The notes under the pieces are model-generated. The model made no database searches. It was not told the origin of the DNA and was given only the letters and a program-made list of their open reading frames with translations. Shown in pieces: positions 1 to 7,482 of a stretch of DNA of 33,829 nucleotides. Every line of letters begins with the position of its first letter. Within the stretch, counting starts at the first letter, position 1. The stretch lies in IMG/VR virus record IMGVR_UViG_3300005611_001571, positions 1-33,829 of that record; one strand, 5' to 3'. The DNA comes from a virus (taxonomy: Duplodnaviria; Caudoviricetes). The position numbers and the translations under genes are program-made.

Positions 1-362
1 GAGTTTATCACACTTTTTACATCTAAGTTAAAAGTTTCTACGTCAACATCTACAAACTTTAATTGGAATCCATATTGTTGAACAGGAAAGTAAGTTGTAC
101 TCCAACTAACTGTTGGTACAATAACATTTGGATTATCAATTTTTTTAAACTTAGGGTGTAAATAAAGAGTTGCTAACATTAAAAGATTAGCACTACTACC
201 GCTATTAGTCATCACAGCATGTTTAGTTCCAAAGAAATTTGCAAACTCTTCTTCGTACTTCTTAACTTCTTTGCCCATAGTGTAACGACCACTGTCTATT
301 ACTCTATGAATTGCAGATACTTCTTTTTCGTTCCAAGTATCGCTTGCGAGTGAATATTCCAT
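1..362 (-). CDS. DegT/DnrJ/EryC1/StrS PLP-dependent enzyme, ColD-like (GDP-4-keto-6-deoxymannose 3-dehydratase-like); 3' part outside window
   Basis: Own translation: MEYSLASDTWNEKEVSAIHRVIDSGRYTMGKEVKKYEEEFANFFGTKHAVMTNSGSSANLLM...IVPTVSWSTTYFPVQQYG. This closely resembles the ColD N-terminus. Not in ORF track. Confidence 0.85.
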   Translation of the reverse strand, partial: MEYSLASDTWNEKEVSAIHRVIDSGRYTMGKEVKKYEEEFANFFGTKHAVMTNSGSSANLLMLATLYLHPKFKKIDNPNVIVPTVSWSTTYFPVQQYGFQLKFVDVDVETFNLDVKSVIN

Positions 363-419
363 TATTTTACCTTTGTTCCTACAGTTTTGATTGAAAATGT
401 CATAAAATCTCCAAAATAA

Positions 420-1445
420 TTAAAAGTAGTCCTGTCTAGAACCCTCTCTAATAGTATCAAGAGTAGTACAGTGAAACCCTCCCATCAGTGTTCTTGCGTG
501 TCTCATCTTCAAGGGAATACAAGTTATTCCGTGCATCTCTAATTGTCTTATGATAGAAGTTTGTCTTTCTTCAACGACAACTAATTCTGGATTAATACTA
601 AATATGTTTAGAGCGATGTATTTAGAGCAAGGAGCAATATCATTAGGGTATGAATTTCCAATATCTACTACATCATCTTCATAAATCCATATTTTATCCC
701 AAGACTTAAAAATTTGAGGATAGTGATTAGGAGTACATCTTGTAGCGTTAAACATAACTAATCCAGGTCTTAAGGGAATTACTGTAGAGTCAAAGTGCGA
801 ATATGTATAAAAGTTCTCAGCTAAATGTAGTCTATATCCGCGAGGTTCAAGCACAGTTCTTAGCCAGTCAAACCCTAACTTATTACCTGTATTAGATACT
901 TGATACAGTAAGTCGTTACCTAGTCTAACAATATTTGGGGCTTCAAACAGTATTTCTTTATTTGTAACAGTAGGTAACTCAAGATCATCTAATTGATAGT
1001 TGTCATCTGCGAGGTATGGTCTTGGTGCACACAACCATTCCACTCCTGATTCAACTGCCTGTGTTAGGTATTTCCTATAAGATAATGTTTCCCTTCTCCG
1101 TGACCGGACTGGAGAAGGACAATCAATTATTAAATTGTCTAGGGGGATTAACAAATCACGACAGTTATAACACTCTATATTTTCAGTGACTTCTGGGCGT
1201 CTTACACGTACACCATACTTTGTCAGAGTATCAGCAAAGTTATCTAAATCTTCGTTTGCTTCCTCAATTAGAGTTTGAGGAAACAAACTACCTTTATCTC
1301 TTAGAGATAAAAGAGTATTCCACTCATAAGAGCAGAAATCTACTGCCCAGCTCGATAAATCAAGAGGTGGAAACTTACAGTTATTAGCTCGACCAACAAA
1401 ACACTCTACTAAAGGATCCCAGTCATTCTGACTTGAAATGTTCAT
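420..1445 (-). CDS. Amidinotransferase (glycine/inosamine-phosphate amidinotransferase family)
   Basis: S.N.WDPL N-terminus, RD motif, HFDST, C-terminal GGFHC.TLD with catalytic Cys. Confidence 0.9.
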   Translation of the reverse strand: MNISSQNDWDPLVECFVGRANNCKFPPLDLSSWAVDFCSYEWNTLLSLRDKGSLFPQTLIEEANEDLDNFADTLTKYGVRVRRPEVTENIECYNCRDLLIPLDNLIIDCPSPVRSRRRETLSYRKYLTQAVESGVEWLCAPRPYLADDNYQLDDLELPTVTNKEILFEAPNIVRLGNDLLYQVSNTGNKLGFDWLRTVLEPRGYRLHLAENFYTYSHFDSTVIPLRPGLVMFNATRCTPNHYPQIFKSWDKIWIYEDDVVDIGNSYPNDIAPCSKYIALNIFSINPELVVVEERQTSIIRQLEMHGITCIPLKMRHARTLMGGFHCTTLDTIREGSRQDYF

Positions 1446-1981
1446 TACTGTGTAGATTCAAGATAGGCAAGCATGTTTTCTGGAGTAGTCTCAACATACG
1501 GATCATCGTCTTCACCATCATTGTTGATTCCTGGTTCTTGCCACCACCGTTCAATCACACCATCGTTGATCACACACATGTATCGCCATGAACGCATCCC
1601 AAATCCTAGATGGTTCTTTCCAATCAACATTCCCATGAATCGAGTGAAGTTGCCAGATCCATCAGGTATTACCTTTACAGATTCAATTGATTGAGCTTTA
1701 GCCCAAGCATTCATCACAAACGCATCGTTCACTGAAATGCAGTACACTTCGTCAACTCCGAGTTCACGCATCCGAGGATAGTTATCTTCAAATCCTGGCA
1801 GCTGATAGGTAGAGCAAGTTGGAGTGAACGCTCCAGGCAAAGAGAAGAGTGCGATACGCTTACCCCTAAACAGTTCATCGCTCTTCACATTTTGCCAGCG
1901 GAAGGGGTTTGGTCCCTCGATAGTCTCGTCACGCACACGAGTTCTAAATACCACACACGGTGGCTTAAATCCTTCAATCAT
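1445..1981 (-). CDS. Peroxiredoxin (Prx5/redoxin type)
   Basis: SLPGAFTPTCS, SVNDAFVM and GFGMRSWRY motifs; start moved to MIEGFK. Confidence 0.95.
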   Translation of the reverse strand: MIEGFKPPCVVFRTRVRDETIEGPNPFRWQNVKSDELFRGKRIALFSLPGAFTPTCSTYQLPGFEDNYPRMRELGVDEVYCISVNDAFVMNAWAKAQSIESVKVIPDGSGNFTRFMGMLIGKNHLGFGMRSWRYMCVINDGVIERWWQEPGINNDGEDDDPYVETTPENMLAYLESTQ

Positions 1982-2085
1982 CTTTTTGTTCCTTTTGTTT
2001 TTGTCTTTCTCTATATTGAGAGAGTTTGATCTGATACTCTTCTTCTGAAAGAGAGTGCCAGCCCACACATCTGCCAATCGGTGAT

Positions 2086-2247
2086 CTACCGCACGGACAA
2101 CTCATTGTGCAGCTCCTCTACTAAGATTTCTAGATCGTCAACTCGTTGTTTTAGTTCTTCGATCTCTTCAGTCAAGCGGCGGTTGCCATATTCAGTCCAA
2201 CCTTGTTCCCGCAGTTTTTCCTTAATCCATTCTTGAGTCTTCGGCAT
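2086..2247 (-). CDS. Hypothetical 53-aa coiled-coil protein
   Basis: Own translation MPKTQEWIKEKLREQGWTEYGNRRLTEEIEELKQRVDDLEILVEELHNELSVR; fills the gap between ORFs. Confidence 0.6.
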   Translation of the reverse strand: MPKTQEWIKEKLREQGWTEYGNRRLTEEIEELKQRVDDLEILVEELHNELSVR

Positions 2248-2437
2248 ATTTCAGTTTCCATACAATGTGTTTTTGATCATTAGAATCAATAGTAATAGCA
2301 GGAAGTCCTGCTTCATGCGCTTGCCAACCAACCTGATGCCAAGTAGCACCTTCAGCTCGTTGATCAGACACAGTTTCTAAAAACTCTGCGTTGTCTACAA
2401 ACCACAGAGCAGAGATAACAGCTACAACTGCTAACAT
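2222..2437 (-). CDS. Hypothetical protein with N-terminal hydrophobic segment
   Basis: ORF track; AGGAG SD upstream. Confidence 0.65.
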   Translation of the reverse strand: MLAVVAVISALWFVDNAEFLETVSDQRAEGATWHQVGWQAHEAGLPAITIDSNDQKHIVWKLKYAEDSRMD

Positions 2438-2446
2438 AGATTTCTC

Positions 2447-2809
2447 CTATTCATGTTCTCCGCCAGGATCACGTGGGTCAAGAACTACACGTTGTCCATT
2501 AACCCATATAGATTGACGAGCGCGACTTACCGAGTGATACCCCGAGCGCAAGTTAAAAAGGTTTGGGTTATGCTTTGCTGTTGCAAATGTACCAACTGTA
2601 ACAGCAATAGCCGCTAACACAATAACGTGAGCAATTGCAGTAATTCCAAACATCCACATGCTACTAAAATACATGCTAAATACAATACACCACATCCAAG
2701 CTAAAACTTGCATAACCAAGTGCCTGGTGTTAAGGTCTGGAATATTACGCAGTGGATTCAAGTTATGATCCATCACAAGATTCCACCATTCGTAGATTAA
2801 TTTTCTCAT
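2447..2809 (-). CDS. Hypothetical two-TM membrane protein
   Basis: NPL..IPD..TRH.VMQVLAWMW motif; start at MRKLIY overlaps the upstream stop (ATGA). Confidence 0.75.
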   Translation of the reverse strand: MRKLIYEWWNLVMDHNLNPLRNIPDLNTRHLVMQVLAWMWCIVFSMYFSSMWMFGITAIAHVIVLAAIAVTVGTFATAKHNPNLFNLRSGYHSVSRARQSIWVNGQRVVLDPRDPGGEHE

Positions 2810-3006
2810 TGTGCGTCTCTCTTTGCTTGATGCCAAGACGCGTCAGCCATCCAGAAAAGTAGACCCAAAACTACGAAAGCTAACATGCCGTACAGATGGT
2901 GTCCAAAAAAATAGGCTCCTGCCCAAGCAAATCCTGACATTAATGCAAAGATAGCAGCAACACCAGCAAGATGTTTAGCAAAATGTTTCAGAAAAAGTTT
3001 AGTCAT
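2806..3006 (-). CDS. Hypothetical two-TM protein
   Basis: ORF track; two hydrophobic helices; coupled to neighbours. Confidence 0.65.
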   Translation of the reverse strand: MTKLFLKHFAKHLAGVAAIFALMSGFAWAGAYFFGHHLYGMLAFVVLGLLFWMADASWHQAKRDAQ

Positions 3007-3481
3007 CAGTTACACTCCATGAAGGTTCACAGTAGACAAGAAAACCATGTCCACCTAGTTCGTTCCAACGCTTGATAGTCCAGCGCTTGTCGTCGTATAG
3101 TACATCTCCTGGTTGACAATACTGAAGTTTGTCTTCCGCTTGAGGTACAATAATGATGTCCTCCCTCTCGAAACCAAATTGTCCGAGCCACCAATACTTA
3201 TTTTCCTTAACAGTTTCAATGTGTTCCTCTTTGTAGTGAGTACCCATTGCTGTAAGGAGTTTCATGTTCTTATCGCCAAGTGAGTTTTCAACTTGATACA
3301 TACGCTGAAAAAACTTCATATTATTAGTTGGCGGAGCAGTACGAAAAATATACTCATAGTTATGTGCCATAAAACGCTCTAGTGATCCAGGTTCACGATC
3401 TACGAGTGAACCTGCCCAGCCAAGAGCACGAATACCAACTTCAAAGTCAGCAATTACTCCGTCTACATCTAAATAAATCAT
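2999..3481 (-). CDS. HAD-superfamily 5'(3')-deoxyribonucleotidase-like protein
   Basis: IYLDVDGVIADF motif I, K..W, LYDD motif IV, W...GG.G; start moved to MIYLD. Confidence 0.85.
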   Translation of the reverse strand: MIYLDVDGVIADFEVGIRALGWAGSLVDREPGSLERFMAHNYEYIFRTAPPTNNMKFFQRMYQVENSLGDKNMKLLTAMGTHYKEEHIETVKENKYWWLGQFGFEREDIIIVPQAEDKLQYCQPGDVLYDDKRWTIKRWNELGGHGFLVYCEPSWSVTDD

Positions 3482-3807
3482 TTTATAAGCCAATCCCAAT
3501 CTTTTTTAATCCACGCTTGATCTTCAAGCATTTCTACTTTATCACCATGAATCTCTTGTAGTCTTGTCCAAACATGAGCGTTATTCATTCTCAATTGGTA
3601 AGAATCCATATGACACTTATAGCAACTACCAGTGCTTCCGTAGAAGTACCAATAATCTCCATCAAACTCATGCCGAACAATACCGCTATTTATTTTCCAA
3701 CTATCGCCGTCTAGATATCCACCACTCCATCCAGCAAGCACACGATAATGGGGGTCATCACCTTTCATTTTGATGACAACCCAATTGTCAGGATTATAGT
3801 TATTCAT
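3478..3807 (-). CDS. Conserved phage hypothetical protein
   Basis: Y.PDNWV...YRVLAGWSGGYLDGDSW.INSGI pattern familiar from large phages. Confidence 0.8.
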   Translation of the reverse strand: MNNYNPDNWVVIKMKGDDPHYRVLAGWSGGYLDGDSWKINSGIVRHEFDGDYWYFYGSTGSCYKCHMDSYQLRMNNAHVWTRLQEIHGDKVEMLEDQAWIKKDWDWLIK

Positions 3808-3844
3808 TTATCTGCCCACCTAATCTTTTTTCCGTAGTGTTCTT

Positions 3845-4021
3845 TCAATTGGAAGTGTCAAAATCTCTCTGGTAATCTTCATTGAAATGTCGGACACATT
3901 CCCGCACAATCAACTCGGCGAACTTTTGTTGAATTCTTTCTCCGTCTGGAATGGCACCTGGATGTTGTTCCATATCTATTCTACATGCTAGATTATGTAG
4001 TTCTCGAATTCGTTCGTTCAT
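3845..4021 (-). CDS. Small phage protein (MNERI...KFAELIVREC type), probably frameshifted near its 3' end
   Basis: Own translation, 58 aa; an alternative-frame tail LKEHYGKKIRWADK runs on to 3804. Confidence 0.65.
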   Translation of the reverse strand: MNERIRELHNLACRIDMEQHPGAIPDGERIQQKFAELIVRECVRHFNEDYQRDFDTSN

Positions 4022-4183
4022 TTAATATACTTCCTCAATTTCAACAGTGTGACCTAGATGCTCTAATAGAGCCTTGATGCTTTCTGTTCCCAGATCTTCA
4101 TCATTATGATCCCAACGGAAACGCTCATCATCTACTTTTACGCACCACCCATCACAGTACTGTTCGATTTGTATGTCTTTCAT
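4022..4183 (-). CDS. Hypothetical 53-aa protein
   Basis: Own translation MKDIQIEQYCDGWCVKVDDERFRWDHNDEDLGTESIKALLEHLGHTVEIEEVY; ATGA-coupled to the upstream gene. Confidence 0.65.
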   Translation of the reverse strand: MKDIQIEQYCDGWCVKVDDERFRWDHNDEDLGTESIKALLEHLGHTVEIEEVY

Positions 4184-4575
4184 TCTTCAACTCCTAACCA
4201 AACCAATACATCTGCCCACCTTATCCGTTTTCCATAGTGTGTTTCAAACTGTTCTATAAGTGTATTATACGGCACCAATTCTTCTGTTTTCAAGTCCCAA
4301 AGATATTCACTGAATGCATTCCAGTCTTCATCGTGCATAGGAGCAACACCATACTCTAATCCCCAAGGTTCATCGGGCACACCACGAATATCAATACGAC
4401 CGGCTGAATATTGAGTAGTGATCTCATCGTATTCCCATACATCACCTGGTCCAAGCCCTTTTGGATAGAACGTCCTGCCTTCTTCAAGCACTACACTAAC
4501 TTGGCGAGTAAGACCACGCTCGCGAAACCAAGCCATTGATATAGGACCCATCCAGTTGGTGCTGTAGGTTATCAT
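4180..4575 (-). CDS. Hypothetical phage protein
   Basis: ORF track; ATGA overlaps on both sides. Confidence 0.75.
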   Translation of the reverse strand: MITYSTNWMGPISMAWFRERGLTRQVSVVLEEGRTFYPKGLGPGDVWEYDEITTQYSAGRIDIRGVPDEPWGLEYGVAPMHDEDWNAFSEYLWDLKTEELVPYNTLIEQFETHYGKRIRWADVLVWLGVEE

Positions 4576-5009
4576 TGTGAAAGTCCTGTAATCAGTTTAT
4601 AGTCTATGACTCCACAGATGTAAGTCTCACAGTCTTGCGGTTCAAAACCATTCTCCATCAACCAGTCCCACCAGTCAGGAGAATCTTCAATTTTAGTCTT
4701 AAGTTCTTCTCGTTGTTCATCCGTCCAATCAGTTTTCCAAACACGAATATCACCCCAAACTCCGTCCCAGGTATCATTCATCTCAAAATCAGTGAGGCAG
4801 GAGATCTCAAAATCATCATGCACATTGTTTTCTTCACAATACTTGTTATGTGCATCTATCTCCTCAAGTTCTTTGGCTGTGACATTAGCGTAGAAAGTGC
4901 CCCAACGCCAGCCTTGCTCATAATGTACCCATACGTTGTCATCATTCTTAAAGAACTCGATCTCAACAACAGACTTTTTATAAGAAGGTTCAATCTTTAT
5001 TAAAGTCAT
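4572..5009 (-). CDS. Hypothetical acidic phage protein
   Basis: Start moved to MTLIKIEP (GAGGA SD) because the longer ORF runs through tRNA-Trp. Confidence 0.75.
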   Translation of the reverse strand: MTLIKIEPSYKKSVVEIEFFKNDDNVWVHYEQGWRWGTFYANVTAKELEEIDAHNKYCEENNVHDDFEISCLTDFEMNDTWDGVWGDIRVWKTDWTDEQREELKTKIEDSPDWWDWLMENGFEPQDCETYICGVIDYKLITGLSQ

Positions 5010-5027
5010 TTTTAAGTTCCTCAAAAT

Positions 5028-5102
5028 TGGCACAGATGGGAGGATTTGAACCCCCACTTTCGGTTTTGGAGACCGACGTGCTACCATTAACACCACATCC
5101 AT
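5028..5102 (-). tRNA. tRNA-Trp(CCA)
   Basis: Cloverleaf: acceptor ATGGATG/CATCTGT, anticodon arm TCGGT-CTCCAAA-ACCGA, T-loop TTCAAAT, encoded CCA. Confidence 0.93.
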
Positions 5103-5113
5103 AATCTTTAATA

Positions 5114-5142
5114 ATAATATCAAAAACTAGAGTACATGTCTA
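5114..5142 (-). promoter_or_regulatory. Putative sigma70-type promoter TAGACA-N17-TATTAT
   Basis: Lies directly upstream of tRNA-Trp. Confidence 0.5.
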
Positions 5143-5150
5143 GAATAGAT

Positions 5151-5240
5151 TGGCGGAGAGACAGGGATTCGAACCCTGGAAGGGCGTAAACCCTTGCTGG
5201 TTTTCAAGACCAGTGCCTTCAACCACTCAGCCATCTCTCC
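5151..5240 (-). tRNA. tRNA-Ser(UGA)
   Basis: GGAGAGA acceptor, CTGGT-CTTGAAA-ACCAG, long variable arm, GTTCGAATC, CCA. Confidence 0.95.
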
Positions 5241-5394
5241 CTAATAGTAATTTATCTAACCATCGGCGCTCTTTTTTGTTATAGGCACGTTTGATCTTTT
5301 TGCAAACTTTAGGTCGCTGTGTGTAACAATAATATTTTCTTGCCTTTGTTAACACATCAAATTCTTCACCATTGTTCATCGGTTTTCGTTTCAT
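5227..5394 (-). CDS. Hypothetical basic 55-aa protein
   Basis: Own translation MKRKPMNNGEEFDVLTKARKYYCYTQRPKVCKKIKRAYNKKERRWLDKLLLGRDG; stop lies inside tRNA-Ser. Confidence 0.65.
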   Translation of the reverse strand: MKRKPMNNGEEFDVLTKARKYYCYTQRPKVCKKIKRAYNKKERRWLDKLLLGRDG

Positions 5395-5542
5395 TTTTTG
5401 ACTCTTGTCTTTCCAGCGCAGCCTTCCATCCCTGCCATGCCCACCACATAGGCGTGTCCTCTTCTATTTTATCTGCTGGGTCAGGAAGGATGTCGTAGTT
5501 ATCCCACCAGTCGTCAAAGTCATCTGCTGTTGGTTTAATCAT
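5366..5542 (-). CDS. Hypothetical 58-aa Trp-rich protein
   Basis: Own translation MIKPTADDFDDWWDNYD...MWWAWQGWKAALE... Confidence 0.6.
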   Translation of the reverse strand: MIKPTADDFDDWWDNYDILPDPADKIEEDTPMWWAWQGWKAALERQESKNETKTDEQW

Positions 5543-5566
5543 TTAGCTTGTCTGTGTAGGTCTTAG

Positions 5567-5707
5567 CTACAACAGTCCCATAATTTTTAAAATACAAATC
5601 GCCGCCAATGTGTACTGACCGATACCATAGAGGAAGTGGACAATAATGGTGAATTGACTTGGGACAGACCCGTCGATGGTCCGGTAATATGCTGTTGGCT
5701 TACTCAT
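5567..5707 (-). CDS. Hypothetical small membrane protein
   Basis: Start moved to MSKPTAYY (GAGGA SD). Confidence 0.55.
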   Translation of the reverse strand: MSKPTAYYRTIDGSVPSQFTIIVHFLYGIGQYTLAAICILKIMGLL

Positions 5708-5882
5708 TGGGTTTATCCTCTTCCCAGTACCTACAAAAAAAGTGTACCCCATATGAGGCCACAACTTCCTTTGGGTAGCCCTGCTCTATGAGCCACGCTG
5801 TCGTATCTGTTACACCTTCGGGTATGGGCTTGGGGAAACCATACCGCCAGCCCTCTGGTGGGTCAATCATCGTTACAGTCAT
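5700..5882 (-). CDS. Conserved phage hypothetical protein
   Basis: MIDPPEGWRYGFPKP...WL...GYP motif; start moved out of tRNA-Thr. Confidence 0.75.
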   Translation of the reverse strand: MTVTMIDPPEGWRYGFPKPIPEGVTDTTAWLIEQGYPKEVVASYGVHFFCRYWEEDKPNE

Positions 5883-5924
5883 CTTAGTTTGTCTTCCTTC
5901 TATGTCAGCAGACGATAAAAAGTC

Positions 5925-6000
5925 TGGAGCTGGAGAGAGGAATCGAACCCCCAACCTACTGAGTACAAATCAGTTGCTCTCCCAGTTGAGCTACTCCAGC
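5925..6000 (-). tRNA. tRNA-Thr(UGU)
   Basis: GCTGGAG/CTCCAGC acceptor, ACTGA-TTTGTAC-TCAGT, GTTCGATTC, CCA. Confidence 0.93.
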
Positions 6001-6010
6001 ATTTACTATT

Positions 6011-6085
6011 TGGAGCGGGTAGTCGGACTCGAACCGACATCATTAGCTTGGAAGGCTAAGGTAATAGCCCTTATACGATACCCGC
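6011..6085 (-). tRNA. tRNA-Gly(UCC)
   Basis: GCGGGTA/TACCCGC, TTAGC-CTTCCAA-GCTAA, U73, CCA. Confidence 0.95.
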
Positions 6086-6086
6086 A

Positions 6087-6320
6087 TTATTGATTTACAA
6101 ACCTACTTTCCCACTGAGCTGCAAATGACTGAGCATCTAATCTATTTTCAAATCTCCAAGTGTCTTCGTACACATTGGAGTACTTTCTCATGTCCCATTG
6201 ATGTTTCATCATCTGTACTTTACAATAGTCAGTAGCCTGCATACGAAGATCAGAATGAAGTCTAACTTCATAACCTGGTGACCAGTTTCTTTTATACTCA
6301 AATATTTCAATAGGTGTCAT
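6087..6320 (-). CDS. Hypothetical phage protein
   Basis: ORF track; fills the space between tRNA-Arg and tRNA-Gly. Confidence 0.7.
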   Translation of the reverse strand: MTPIEIFEYKRNWSPGYEVRLHSDLRMQATDYCKVQMMKHQWDMRKYSNVYEDTWRFENRLDAQSFAAQWESRFVNQ

Positions 6321-6325
6321 TTGTT

Positions 6326-6403
6326 TGGCGGTTCCTGAAGGACTCGAACCCTCGACCCACGCTTTAGAAGAGCGTTGCTCTAATCCAACTGAGCTAAGGA
6401 ACC
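6326..6403 (-). tRNA. tRNA-Arg(UCU)
   Basis: GGTTCCT/AGGAACC, ACGCT-CTTCTAA-AGCGT, GTTCGAGTC, CCA. Confidence 0.95.
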
Positions 6404-6646
6404 TTTATCCTCTTTTTTTGTTTCTTCCATTTGACGAGTTAGAGCGTCTAAAAGCACTTGATTTACAACCTTAGCAAGTTCTGTACCATTCACCTCATCA
6501 TCATGATATAGTTCATATGTTAAGATACCGTCCCCTGATCCATCAGGATGATCATCTATCTCAATGTCTGATATCTTAAACTCTGTACCTGCCATATCAT
6601 AACCGTCTGGCACCTTAAAGGTTTCTTTCTCTGAGATGTTAGTCAT
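6380..6646 (-). CDS. Hypothetical acidic protein
   Basis: ORF track; last 7 codons and stop lie inside tRNA-Arg. Confidence 0.65.
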   Translation of the reverse strand: MTNISEKETFKVPDGYDMAGTEFKISDIEIDDHPDGSGDGILTYELYHDDEVNGTELAKVVNQVLLDALTRQMEETKKEDKGSLAQLD

Positions 6647-6774
6647 TTATATGTTCCATCTAGTTTATAGTATTTATAGTTGTAAATGGCTGAGTCAAAA
6701 GATATAATTCTAGTATATCCTTTTTTTCGTAATTGTAAATACCATCTACAAAAATGAACGAAGTTATCAATCAT

Positions 6775-6868
6775 TGGTAGTCCTGACAGGATTCGAACCT
6801 GTATCGCTCTCTAATCTGGAGACTATGCTGAATATAAACCAGGTGTTTTACCATTAAACTACAGGACT
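6775..6868 (-). tRNA. Atypical tRNA-Ile(UAU)-like gene with 24-nt extra arm
   Basis: AGTCCTG/CAGGACT acceptor, D arm GTTT-AATGGTA-AAAC, anticodon arm (C)CTGG-TTTATAT-TCAG(C), extra arm, ACAGG-TTCGAAT-CCTGT, A73, CCA. Confidence 0.75.
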
Positions 6869-6869
6869 G

Positions 6870-6945
6870 TGGTACTCGGTGAGAGATTCGAACTCCCGAC
6901 AACTCCGTTATGAGCGGAGGGTTCTAACCACTGAACTAACCGAGT
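6870..6945 (-). tRNA. tRNA-CAU, probably Ile2 (lysidine-type) rather than Met
   Basis: ACTCGGT/ACCGAGT, CTCCG-CTCATAA-CGGAG; has the C4:G69, U12:A23 and C29:G41 Ile identity pairs; no initiator features. Confidence 0.85.
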
Positions 6946-6947
6946 GT

Positions 6948-7033
6948 TGGTACGAGCGGGGGGACTTGAACCCCCACGACCTATGGTCAACGGATTTTAA
7001 GTCCGTTGCGTCTACCGATTCCGCCACGCTCGC
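6948..7033 (-). tRNA. tRNA-Leu(UAA)
   Basis: GCGAGCG/CGCTCGT, ACGGA-CTTAAAA-TCCGT, long variable arm, CCA. Confidence 0.95.
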
Positions 7034-7039
7034 TCTGTA

Positions 7040-7273
7040 TTAGCAACCGTGGTAATCAGACTCGTGTACGTAAGGCATAGACTCTTTGCTAAAACTATAA
7101 GTCTTAGGCTCTCCATGCTCTGACATCAACTGTTCAACACGATGCTCAAGTGTGTTTATAGTTGTATGAATATGTCCTGTGTCATGAGGTTGTATCTGGG
7201 TCTTAAGATAGTCAATTTCACGAATCAAATGAATGATGTGTTCCATATCATAGCGCTTGCCTTTTATATGCAT
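7040..7273 (-). CDS. Hypothetical phage protein
   Basis: ORF track; EI..L...IQPHDTGHI.T.I..LE.R pattern. Confidence 0.7.
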   Translation of the reverse strand: MHIKGKRYDMEHIIHLIREIDYLKTQIQPHDTGHIHTTINTLEHRVEQLMSEHGEPKTYSFSKESMPYVHESDYHGC

Positions 7274-7482
7274 CAGTCATATCCCTCGAAATGTTCATCA
7301 ACAACGTCAAGAATATCTTGCCAGTGTGCCATCTTCTCCATCTCAGCTACAACAGCTTCAACAATATCAGAGTGCTCACCAATACCTGCTGGATTTTGTA
7401 GATAAACTTCCACATTAGTTTTGTGAACTGCAAGGTTGCCTTCAGCATGTGCAACTACAGCATCAATAATGGTTTTGCGCAT
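7273..7482 (-). CDS. Conserved phage hypothetical protein
   Basis: H..NVEVYL.NPAGIGEHSDI.EA motif familiar from marine phages. Confidence 0.8.
   Translation of the reverse strand: MRKTIIDAVVAHAEGNLAVHKTNVEVYLQNPAGIGEHSDIVEAVVAEMEKMAHWQDILDVVDEHFEGYD

Noticed and set aside
5010-5123. N-terminal extensions of ORFs 4572-5123 and 5700-5954
   Set aside because: They run through tRNA genes; downstream starts fit better
6671-6678. TATAAATA, the T4 late promoter consensus
   Set aside because: Only one intergenic copy noticed in AT-rich DNA; the other (about 18999) is coding. Not enough to call a T4-type late system
6803-6826. Extra tRNA segment as an intron
   Set aside because: It lies in the variable-arm position rather than at 37/38, is too short for group I, and has no clear bulge-helix-bulge
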